Source of the DNA: Bacillota bacterium
GTDB taxonomy: Bacteria > Bacillota > Clostridia > Christensenellales > CAG-138
NCBI GenBank assembly: GCA_023426265.1
Contig: JAFABA010000165.1
Span: forward strand, 3,453 to 67,452
DNA: 64,000 nucleotides
Reading direction: 5' to 3'
Each line of letters starts with the position of its first letter. The first letter of the stretch is position 1. Of this stretch, positions 36,510-44,259 are shown in pieces. Position numbers and translations under genes: made by a program. The notes under the pieces were generated by a model. That model ran no database searches. It had not been told where the DNA came from and saw only the letters and a program-made list of their open reading frames with translations.

Positions 36510-37941
36510 TCAACTCAATGACCTATATAGGCGAATAGCTGACGAACTGGACATATCCGATGCTCACTTCAAACGAGCCGAAACAAGCTATAACGCGCTT
36601 GGTGAGTATATCGGAAATCACAGCAATTATCCCATTGAGGTTTACACGCAAGGCTCGTTCAGACTTGGTACTGTCATTCGTCCGCTCAGTGATGAAGATG
36701 AGTATGACTTGGACCTAATCTGCGAGATTGCCAACGGTCAATCACTTACGGCCGCCGCCATAAAAACTGGAATTGGTAAAATTTTTAGGGAATCTGATCG
36801 ATATTCTGCAAAACTTGAGGAAAAGAAACGTTGTTGGCGTATTGAGTATGCGGATGAGGCTCAGTTCCACATGGATATTACGCCGGCTAAACCTAATGTC
36901 GAGATGGAACCGTCCATTCTCGTAACAAATAAGAGCGATAATGGTAGCTATTCATTTAGTCCAAGTAATCCTAGAGGGTATGCCGACTGGTTTGATCAAA
37001 GAAAACTTATTGCGAGTGTTGCAAAAAGTGCAGTGTTTGAATCGGCCGCTGCATCAGTTGAGCCGGTTAAACCTAATCGTGTAAAGTTACCTTTGCAGCG
37101 GGCGATACAGATACTCAAACGGCATCGGGATAAAATGTTTGAGACCGATCCTGACGTCAAACCGATTTCGATCATAATAACGACGCTTGCCGCACAAGCA
37201 TACTGCGGTGAGCTTGGCGTATACGATGCTGTGAAAGGCATTCTCGAGACTTTGCCCCAATACATCCAAAGAAATTCAAACGGATATAGAGTTCCGAACC
37301 CATCGAACCCTGCCGAGAACTTTGCAGACAAATGGAATAGTGAACCAAGAAAAGCAAAGGCCTTTTTTGACTGGATAGCACAGGCAAGAAATGACCTTGT
37401 AGTTACCGTGTTATCGATTGGTGATGACTACACTGTTATTGAAGATACATTGGGAGCGGGCGTGGTCGGCCGTGCACTGGTTGGAATAAATCAAGTTCGC
37501 CATGATTCACAACTGGCACTAACTGCATACAGTAATCCAAGCATACGGACTGCATTAAGTGTGCCGCACCGACAACGGCCTCTATTCAGAGTACCTAAAG
37601 CCATTATGCTAGGTATTCAGGCCACCGTCTCCCAGAACGGCCAGCAGTACACTTATAAAAACAATAGCCAGCCTATTCCTAAGCATTGTTCTATAGACTT
37701 TAGCTTAATTGTTTCACCAGCTATACTTAAAGGAGGCTATACGGTATGGTGGCAGGTAGTCAATACTGGCGATGAAGCGAGAGCACAAAACGGACTAAGG
37801 GGTGGATTTGAGAAAAAAGTTAATACCACCCAGCATCATGAAACTTCGCTATATGCAGGGACACATTATGTACAAGCGTTCCTTACAAAGCGGGGTAGTT
37901 GTATCGCGAAATCCAGTGAGTTCATTGTAAATATTTTGTAA
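36499..37941 (+). CDS. CD-NTase (SMODS-type cGAS/DncV-like nucleotidyltransferase) with a C-terminal AGS-C-like domain
   Basis: Catalytic signature QGSFRLGTVIRP...EYDLDLI...FHMDITPA. The C-terminal YTVWWQVVNTGDEARAQNGLRGGF resembles the AGS-C sensor domain. AGGAGG lies 5 nt upstream, and the gene overlaps cap5 by 11 nt. Confidence 0.8.
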   Translation: MTNDQLNDLYRRIADELDISDAHFKRAETSYNALGEYIGNHSNYPIEVYTQGSFRLGTVIRPLSDEDEYDLDLICEIANGQSLTAAAIKTGIGKIFRESDRYSAKLEEKKRCWRIEYADEAQFHMDITPAKPNVEMEPSILVTNKSDNGSYSFSPSNPRGYADWFDQRKLIASVAKSAVFESAAASVEPVKPNRVKLPLQRAIQILKRHRDKMFETDPDVKPISIIITTLAAQAYCGELGVYDAVKGILETLPQYIQRNSNGYRVPNPSNPAENFADKWNSEPRKAKAFFDWIAQARNDLVVTVLSIGDDYTVIEDTLGAGVVGRALVGINQVRHDSQLALTAYSNPSIRTALSVPHRQRPLFRVPKAIMLGIQATVSQNGQQYTYKNNSQPIPKHCSIDFSLIVSPAILKGGYTVWWQVVNTGDEARAQNGLRGGFEKKVNTTQHHETSLYAGTHYVQAFLTKRGSCIAKSSEFIVNIL

Positions 37942-38027
37942 GACAGCGTTGTTATATGCGCTTTCCAAGGTATACGTAAGGCGGACACTTTGTAAAGGGG
38001 CCGAAGCGCAAAAAAGAGGTGGATAAG

Positions 38028-38603
38028 ATGTCAGATGCAAAAAATGCATACAATCAAATCGCTAGTTTTTTAAGCAACGAAACAGAAAAAACTTTGCTGC
38101 TATGTGGTATTGCTGATAAAGAAAAACATCTATCTCTCCTTAGAGCTTTAAATACTAAGGGAAATCTGAAGGGATTGGTTTTCTTAATTCATACAACAAA
38201 AGATGGTATGACAAATTTCTTCCGATGGGCAGGACTTTATAAAGTTAAAGTACCATCAAAATATGGACAGGGAATGAAATTATCCAATCTTACTATCTAT
38301 TTTGATAATTTAACCACCAAGAGCAGCAGTAATAAATATGATAATTACGCTTTTGATTTTATGATCGTATGGCCAATGCAAAGCGTTACTGTAAATAAAG
38401 AAGAGATTCAAATGCTAAAAGAAATGGTAAAGCGTCAAAAAACAAAAAAGATTGTTTTCCTTACCATAAAAGAACCTTGGTGTAATCCTTCCTTATTAAC
38501 GCCCATTGTCGATCGGATAATTAAACTGGATTGTGAGAATGATGATCCGCAGGAATATCAGCGCATTCTTTCTGTCTATGAAGAGGATATTGGAATACTA
38601 TAG
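38028..38603 (+). CDS. Hypothetical protein (alpha/beta, no recognised domain)
   Basis: ORF with GAGGTGG 5 nt upstream of ATG 38028 (the track starts at GTG 38019). TLLLCGIADKEKH resembles a degenerate P-loop, but it is not a Walker A motif. Confidence 0.5.
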   Translation: MSDAKNAYNQIASFLSNETEKTLLLCGIADKEKHLSLLRALNTKGNLKGLVFLIHTTKDGMTNFFRWAGLYKVKVPSKYGQGMKLSNLTIYFDNLTTKSSSNKYDNYAFDFMIVWPMQSVTVNKEEIQMLKEMVKRQKTKKIVFLTIKEPWCNPSLLTPIVDRIIKLDCENDDPQEYQRILSVYEEDIGIL

Positions 38604-38635
38604 AACAATTTGAAGTAATTTGGAACATAAGTGGA

Positions 38636-40804
38636 TTGAATATGATTAATAATTTGAAAATCGCAAGTTCTGAAATACCTATGTCCATAAAACTTGTAGA
38701 CGTAAATTCGAGACTTTTTCATGATGTTTGTGAATTAGGCGATGCAAATCGTTCAACACTGGGTTTTTTGCCTAGCCAGGCGTTTTATGAATATGCTGAG
38801 CGTAAAGGTATTTTTGCTGCAACCGATAAAGGTAAATTGCTCGGATACGTGATGTTTCGTAAAAGGAATAACAATATTGTAATAGTACATTTATGTATAG
38901 CATCGCAATATCGAGGTAAAAACATTTCTAGTGTTTTGATTCAACATATTGACGATCTGTTTTCAGAGGTTACGTGTATCAGTCTGTATTGCCGTAGAGA
39001 TTATCGGCTGGATAATTTTTGGCGGAAGTTAGGATTTACCCCAATCAGTGAGAAAAAAGGACGCGCCTCTAATGAATCAATTTTAACAAGGTGGCAGCGA
39101 ACCAAAAAAACCTTCGATTTACTCCATATGTTTGATGAGCATGACCGACAGGATAAGGTTGTTGCTGCGGTTGATACGAATATAGTCATAGATCTCTATG
39201 AGGGCAAAAATGAGGAATCTATGGCCTTATTTGCTATGCATATGAGCGAGGCATCATATCGTATTACAAACGATGTGTTTAATGAAATTAACCGGAATAA
39301 GAATAAAGTTCAGCGAACGGATTTACAAAGGTTCGTTCAACACCGATTTATGATAATTGAAGAAAACAATTCTCCTGGATATTGGAATTTAATTAATGGA
39401 ATATCCGGAGATATTGATATGGGAAGGCATCATTTTGATGATATATCACACATAACACAATGTATTTTAAGTAATACTATGGTTTTTATTACTCGGGACG
39501 AATGGCTTAGATCAAAAAGAGATTATTTTTATACTCATTATGGACTATCTATACGTTATCCAGCCGAATTTATTTGCGATATCGAAGAATTAGCTCAAGG
39601 GAATCTATATAGTCCAGCAAGTCTAGCGGGATCAGAATTAGTCTATACTACATTAGCAACAGAAGATATTAATAGTATTATTGGCATGTTGTGCAGTACT
39701 ATAATGTTTGCTGGGGAAAATAGTACACGTAAAAAGTTGCGCAACTATATTGCTTGTAGGGACAAATATGATTCTATTGTGGTTAAGCATAATGAGAAAA
39801 GCATTGCTGCATATATAGTAACCAAAAAATCTGATTTGCGAACAATTGAATGTTTTGTTATTGATGAGAAGTATAAGGCCCCACAATGGCGAAATACTTT
39901 AGCCCGCCATTTAGTAATGAGATTAATAAAGCAGGCGTATGTTGAAGGCCATAATATTATTGTTTTCAATAAGAACCTGATGACTAAGCCGATGCTATCC
40001 GCATTTGGAGACTATGGGTTTATTGAGAGCGGCGATATTTGTGTTAAATTATCTATAAAAGGATGCTTACCCCGACACGAAGTTGAGAAAAAGGTTGTTG
40101 AAATAATAGATGAGCTAAGCAATACGTTTGTTAACGATGCGGCAAAGAAGAAGTTGATCGAAACAATCGGGCAAACTAGTCATATGGAACTCGAAAGAAT
40201 CCTATGGCCTGTTAAGATCGCTGAAACCAATATAAACTGTTATATAGTACCTATTCGACCTGATTATGCAATGCAATTGTTTGATGAACAATTGGTTCAG
40301 ACATATCCTATGCTTTTCCCGCTCGAAAGGACTGAAGCGGCATTAAGCGTTGAAAATGTTTATTTTCGGTCGCCTAAACCAAGCATATGCAAAGCTCCTG
40401 CTCGAATATTATGGTATGTCAGCAATGATAGATTTAACCGTGTTAGCGGCGTGTCAAGTATTCGTGCTGTATCATATTTAATTGATTCAAACGTAGGCGC
40501 CGCAAAAGCATTGTATCGAAAATATCAGCGTTATGGTGTGCTGGCATGGGATAGCATCATGAAAATAACTAACAATGATCCAAACGGTAATGTTTCTGCA
40601 ATGACATTTGGATTAACAGAACAATTTGCATCACCTTTGCCATATGCTTTGATAGTTGATATAATTGAATGCACAATGGGTAGAAGACCAACCTTTCAAT
40701 CACCATATCAGGTTGATTCAGAGGTCTTTAATAAAATTTATAATTTCTTGACAGGGGTTCATACAGATGGCAAACAGGAAAGTGATATTGTCGATAAAGC
40801 CTAA
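38636..40804 (+). CDS. Multidomain GNAT - PIN - GNAT-like - ASCH/PUA-like fusion protein
   Basis: GNAT motif A: IVIVHLCIASQYRGKNISSVLIQHI...FWRKLGF. PIN: VVAAVDTNIVIDLYEG...DDISHITQ...VFITRDE. The second acetyltransferase-like fold has IAAYIVTKK...CFVIDEKYK...LVMRLIKQAY...FGDYGF. The C-terminal CYIVPIRPDYAMQLF...ARILWYVS...IRAVSYL parallels the ASCH protein encoded next. The start is TTG 38636 or ATG 38642. Confidence 0.6.
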   Translation: MNMINNLKIASSEIPMSIKLVDVNSRLFHDVCELGDANRSTLGFLPSQAFYEYAERKGIFAATDKGKLLGYVMFRKRNNNIVIVHLCIASQYRGKNISSVLIQHIDDLFSEVTCISLYCRRDYRLDNFWRKLGFTPISEKKGRASNESILTRWQRTKKTFDLLHMFDEHDRQDKVVAAVDTNIVIDLYEGKNEESMALFAMHMSEASYRITNDVFNEINRNKNKVQRTDLQRFVQHRFMIIEENNSPGYWNLINGISGDIDMGRHHFDDISHITQCILSNTMVFITRDEWLRSKRDYFYTHYGLSIRYPAEFICDIEELAQGNLYSPASLAGSELVYTTLATEDINSIIGMLCSTIMFAGENSTRKKLRNYIACRDKYDSIVVKHNEKSIAAYIVTKKSDLRTIECFVIDEKYKAPQWRNTLARHLVMRLIKQAYVEGHNIIVFNKNLMTKPMLSAFGDYGFIESGDICVKLSIKGCLPRHEVEKKVVEIIDELSNTFVNDAAKKKLIETIGQTSHMELERILWPVKIAETNINCYIVPIRPDYAMQLFDEQLVQTYPMLFPLERTEAALSVENVYFRSPKPSICKAPARILWYVSNDRFNRVSGVSSIRAVSYLIDSNVGAAKALYRKYQRYGVLAWDSIMKITNNDPNGNVSAMTFGLTEQFASPLPYALIVDIIECTMGRRPTFQSPYQVDSEVFNKIYNFLTGVHTDGKQESDIVDKA

Positions 40805-41204
40805 ATATGCAGAAGCAATTCTTACTGGAGAAAAAACTGTTGAATTAAGAAGGAGACCCCTCAATCTGCATCAAGGCGATCAGGTAGCCTTGTATGCATC
40901 GTATCCAGTGAAGGCTATAATTGGGGCATTTACTGTCAAGAAGGTTGTAACAAAGAAAATAGTTGATCTATATGATATGATAGAAGCAATGGCCTGTATT
41001 TCTTCTGACGAGTTTAGCTTGTATTTTGCTGGAACCGATACAGGTTGTGCGATATTTATTCAAGGATTTACAAGTATAAGCGAGAGAATTCCTCTGGAAG
41101 CATTAGGTTTAAAAGCACCTCAAAGTTATAGATATGTAGATGACGCAATTTGGTCAGAAATTGAGTCAAAGCTTATCCGCAACCGAGAAGGCATAGCTAA
41201 TTGA
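40767..41204 (+). CDS. ASCH domain protein
   Basis: KVILSIKPKYAEAILTGEKTVELRRRPLNLHQGDQVALYASYPVKAIIGAFTV is the typical ASCH (PUA-like) N-terminus. The gene overlaps the upstream gene by 38 nt. Confidence 0.75.
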   Translation: MANRKVILSIKPKYAEAILTGEKTVELRRRPLNLHQGDQVALYASYPVKAIIGAFTVKKVVTKKIVDLYDMIEAMACISSDEFSLYFAGTDTGCAIFIQGFTSISERIPLEALGLKAPQSYRYVDDAIWSEIESKLIRNREGIAN

Positions 41205-41351
41205 AGAATAGTCTGCGCCATGCAAGAGTTTATAGATTTGGCGTTTATAGAACTTGGAAGTTGTTGCTTACTATAGGTCTTGAACTTCCGATTATGTTTA
41301 ATAATTACGACGATCTGATAAAACGATCCCAAGGTAAATTGATCGCCATTC

Positions 41352-41600
41352 CTATTTCTCCAATTCATCGAACAGGCTGTCGATGCTATCGAAAACAGGC
41401 TGGTTCCCAGCCTTCACCTTGGCCTTCACGTCGTTGATTTCCGTTTTCAGCTCGTCTACGAATTTCTTGGGATAGACCGCCACAGGGATAAGCTGAATCA
41501 CGCCGTCCTTTTCCGTGATCTCCAGCTTGTCACCCTCCTTGATACCGAGCCGAGTTACCACCTCTTTCGGGATCGTAGTTCTTTGTTCCGGCGGAAACAC
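41352..41600 (-). CDS. AbrB/MazE/SpoVT-type DNA-binding protein (antitoxin-like), with no partner toxin gene
   Basis: GTG start. PEQRTTIPKEVVTRLGIKEGDKLEITEKDGVIQLIP is the swapped-hairpin barrel motif. The C-terminal part is helical. Confidence 0.7.
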   Translation of the reverse strand: MFPPEQRTTIPKEVVTRLGIKEGDKLEITEKDGVIQLIPVAVYPKKFVDELKTEINDVKAKVKAGNQPVFDSIDSLFDELEK

Positions 41601-41646
41601 CAGCTCCCTTGGGTGGACAATTTTCAGGATGCTAAAGTCGGACTTG

Positions 41647-41700
41647 CCTTCAGCTTTTTTCTTCTCAAGTCTAAAATATCTAAATTGTCAACGAAATCCA
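41647..41700. repeat. R2b, the cassette 3' module (copy 2)
   Basis: CCTTCAGCTTTTTTCTTCTCAAGTCTAAAATATCTAAATTGTCAACGAAATCCA, the homologue of 33311..33361. It lies just upstream (on the minus strand) of the AbrB-type gene. Confidence 0.75.
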
Positions 41701-41739
41701 AATAGAGCAGGCACCCAAATGGGTGCCTGCTCTATTTGG
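41698..41739. terminator. Perfect 42-bp palindrome (bidirectional terminator-like) at the right island edge
   Basis: CCAAATAGAGCAGGCACCCA-AA-TGGGTGCCTGCTCTATTTGG. The two 20-nt arms are perfectly complementary. Confidence 0.6.
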
Positions 41740-41984
41740 AATTGCTTAGCAGGCTTAAGCTGCTTATCACTGAATCACCAATCGGTAATGGGTTGAGGCC
41801 GATGCCAGCAGCAGCAAACGATCCAGTGGATCGTTTGCAGGCCGAAACGGGCATCCGCTTGCGGATGCCCCGGGCACGAGAAGCCCAGTGAGATAGGAAT
41901 TTATCACCTTAACGTAACAACCTCATCAAGCAATATTGCCATGCTCAGACAGACAAACTCTATTACAGCGAGGCCTTCACCCCA

Positions 41985-43124
41985 CTAGTTATGTTTGCAC
42001 TGACCCCCAATAGCCAATAACAACCTGATAACGGAATCCGCCAGTATGGCAAGGTCCTCATGACAGGTCTTTTTGATGGTATCAAAATCCGACGCGCCAC
42101 GCACGGCGGAGAATATCGCCGTGATCCCCTGCCCGTATACGGCTTCCGCCCCGTCCCCGATCGCGCCGCACAAAGCGATGCAAGGCACGTTTGCCTTTTT
42201 TGCGCGCCTGGCTATTCCGACCGGCACCTTACCGCGCGCGCTTTGCCAGTCTATTTTCCCTTCTCCGGTCAATACAATATCGCAGCCCCGCAGCATTTCA
42301 TCAAAGCCGCAGGTATCCAGCAGCAAATCAATTCCGGGCTTGAGCTCCGCGCCAAGGAACGCGAGCAGCCCTGCGCCCAGCCCGCCTGCCGCCCCGGCGC
42401 CCGGCACATTCGCCACATCCGCTTTTAAATCGCGCAAAATGACTTCCGCCATAGTTTGAATTCCTGCTTCCAGCAAAGCCAGCGTATCGCCTTCCGCTCC
42501 CTTTTGTCTCCCAAAAGTGTATGTCGCGCCAGAAGGGCCATACAGCGGATTATCGACGTCGCACGCGGCCATGACAGGGATTGCAGGCAGCTGGTCGGGC
42601 TTTTCAATATGCCTGATATCAAGCATATTGCATGCCAGCGGTTCGACCGGGTTTTTATTTTCATCCAGGAAGCGATACCCGAGCGCCGCCGCCATGCCGA
42701 TGCCGCAGTCGTTTGTCGCGCTGCCCCCTATCCCCATTACAATGCGCGCCGCGCCTTCCTGTTCCGCAATACGGATCAGCTCGCCGACGCCTTTTGTCGT
42801 TGCATGCAGCGGGTCCCGCCGTCCCTCCACAAGCGGCAATCCCGCGCAGGCCGCCATTTCTATTACGGCGGTGTTGTCCGCAAGCAGGCCATAGAAGGCC
42901 TCCATCGGCCCGCCAAACGGCCCCGATACCCACGCGGTTTTGCGTTCGCCGCCTAAAATGCGCAGATACGCCTCCACCATCCCCTCTCCCCCATCCGCCA
43001 TGGGCAGGCATTTTACTTGGGCGTCCGGAATGTGCGTGAGAATGGCGCTCTGTATCACGGAAGCAGCCTCGTCCGCGGGCATCGTTCCCTTGAAGGAGTC
43101 AGGCGCAATCATAAATCTTTTCAT
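41985..43124 (-). CDS. Glycerate kinase
   Basis: MKRFMIAPDSFKGTMPADEAA...PMADGGEGMV...GGSATNDCGIGMAAALG...VLTGEGKIDWQS. The start is refined to ATG 43124 (the track ORF runs on to 43592). Confidence 0.9.
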   Translation of the reverse strand: MKRFMIAPDSFKGTMPADEAASVIQSAILTHIPDAQVKCLPMADGGEGMVEAYLRILGGERKTAWVSGPFGGPMEAFYGLLADNTAVIEMAACAGLPLVEGRRDPLHATTKGVGELIRIAEQEGAARIVMGIGGSATNDCGIGMAAALGYRFLDENKNPVEPLACNMLDIRHIEKPDQLPAIPVMAACDVDNPLYGPSGATYTFGRQKGAEGDTLALLEAGIQTMAEVILRDLKADVANVPGAGAAGGLGAGLLAFLGAELKPGIDLLLDTCGFDEMLRGCDIVLTGEGKIDWQSARGKVPVGIARRAKKANVPCIALCGAIGDGAEAVYGQGITAIFSAVRGASDFDTIKKTCHEDLAILADSVIRLLLAIGGQCKHN

Positions 43125-43252
43125 GACAGGTTCCTTTCTGTATGGGGACAGCCTTGTTCCAAGAAATTGTTTCTCCGTGTAATAGAAAGAGCCCAAAAGA
43201 AAATATAGCGCGGCGCAACGCGCCGCGCCATATCCCGAACACGAAAAAGAAT

Positions 43253-44209
43253 TTACCGATTTACGACATTGACGGGCTTGCCGTCCGCGTAAGCCTTCAG
43301 GTTGTTTACGGCAATGTCCATCAGGCGCGCGCGGCTTGCCTGGGGCGCCCAGGCGATATGCGGCGTGATAAAGCAGTTCTTTGCGCCAAGCAGGGGATTG
43401 TCCGCCCGGATAGGCTCGGTGGAAACAACGTCCGCCCCGGCGGCATAAACCTTGCCGCTGTTCAGGGCTTCGGCCAAATCGCTCTCGACCACCAGCGGCC
43501 CACGGGACGTGTTGATGAGGATAACGCCGTCCTTCATCTTCGCAATGGTTTCGCGGTTGATGAGCCCCTGCGTAGAAGGCGTCAGGGGACAATGCAGCGA
43601 GATCACGTCGCTTTCCTTTAAAAGCTCATCCAGCGTCACATACTGCCCGTATTGTTTTGCCGCTTCACTTTGGTATTCGTCATAGGCAAGCGCCTTCATG
43701 CCAAGGGCTGCGGCAATGCGCGCCGTATTCTGGCCGATGCGCCCAAACCCGATAATGCCCATGGTTTTCCCGGCCAGCTCAATGAGCGGGTAGTTCCAGA
43801 AGCACCAATCCTGGTTATTGGTCCAGTCCCCGTCATATACCGCCTGGCTGTGGGCGCCAACATGATGGCAGATTTCAAGAAGCAGCGCGAACACGAACTG
43901 CGCCACCGCCGTTGTGCCGTAAGTGGGGATGTTCGTAACGACAACGCCCTTTTCCTTCGCCGCCGCGGTATCCACTACATTGTATCCGGTGGCCAGCACG
44001 CCGATATACTTGACACTGGGGCATGCATCGAGCGTTTCCCTGCTGATGGGCGTTTTATTGATGATGACGGCGCCGGCGTCCCCAATTCGGGTTACGATAT
44101 CGCCCGGAGCCGTCCGGTCATAAACGCGCAGTTCCCCCAAGGCTTCAAACCCGCCCCAGCTCAGATCGCCGGGGTTTTCGGTATAACCGTCCAGAATGAC
44201 AATTTTCAT
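43253..44209 (-). CDS. D-isomer-specific 2-hydroxyacid dehydrogenase (glycerate dehydrogenase / hydroxypyruvate reductase-like)
   Basis: MKIVILDGY...GKTMGIIGFGRIGQNTARIAAALGM...INTSRGPLV...TPHIAWA. Confidence 0.85.
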   Translation of the reverse strand: MKIVILDGYTENPGDLSWGGFEALGELRVYDRTAPGDIVTRIGDAGAVIINKTPISRETLDACPSVKYIGVLATGYNVVDTAAAKEKGVVVTNIPTYGTTAVAQFVFALLLEICHHVGAHSQAVYDGDWTNNQDWCFWNYPLIELAGKTMGIIGFGRIGQNTARIAAALGMKALAYDEYQSEAAKQYGQYVTLDELLKESDVISLHCPLTPSTQGLINRETIAKMKDGVILINTSRGPLVVESDLAEALNSGKVYAAGADVVSTEPIRADNPLLGAKNCFITPHIAWAPQASRARLMDIAVNNLKAYADGKPVNVVNR

Positions 44210-44259
44210 TTACGATCTCCTTTTCATACTATGAGAGTTCCGCCGTACGGGCCGGACCG

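Noticed and set aside
41126-41437. ORFs 41126..41368(-) and 41201..41437(+) as a possible toxin partner of the AbrB-type gene
   Set aside because: They overlap the ASCH gene or the AbrB gene, lack an RBS, and have implausible composition. No MazF, PIN or Doc motifs are present.
41776-41798. Possible att-type direct repeat of the tRNA-Thr anticodon arm (CACCAATCGGTAATGGGTTGAGG versus CATTGGTAATGAGGAGGTAGG)
   Set aside because: Only about 9 contiguous matching bases (GGTAATG.G). The match is not to the tRNA 3' end and is too weak to call an attR.
43125-43592. 156-codon N-terminal extension of the glycerate kinase ORF
   Set aside because: The translation is Arg/Gly/Pro-rich nonsense that overlaps the 3' end of the upstream dehydrogenase gene. 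The canonical MKRFMIAPDSFKG start has its own RBS.
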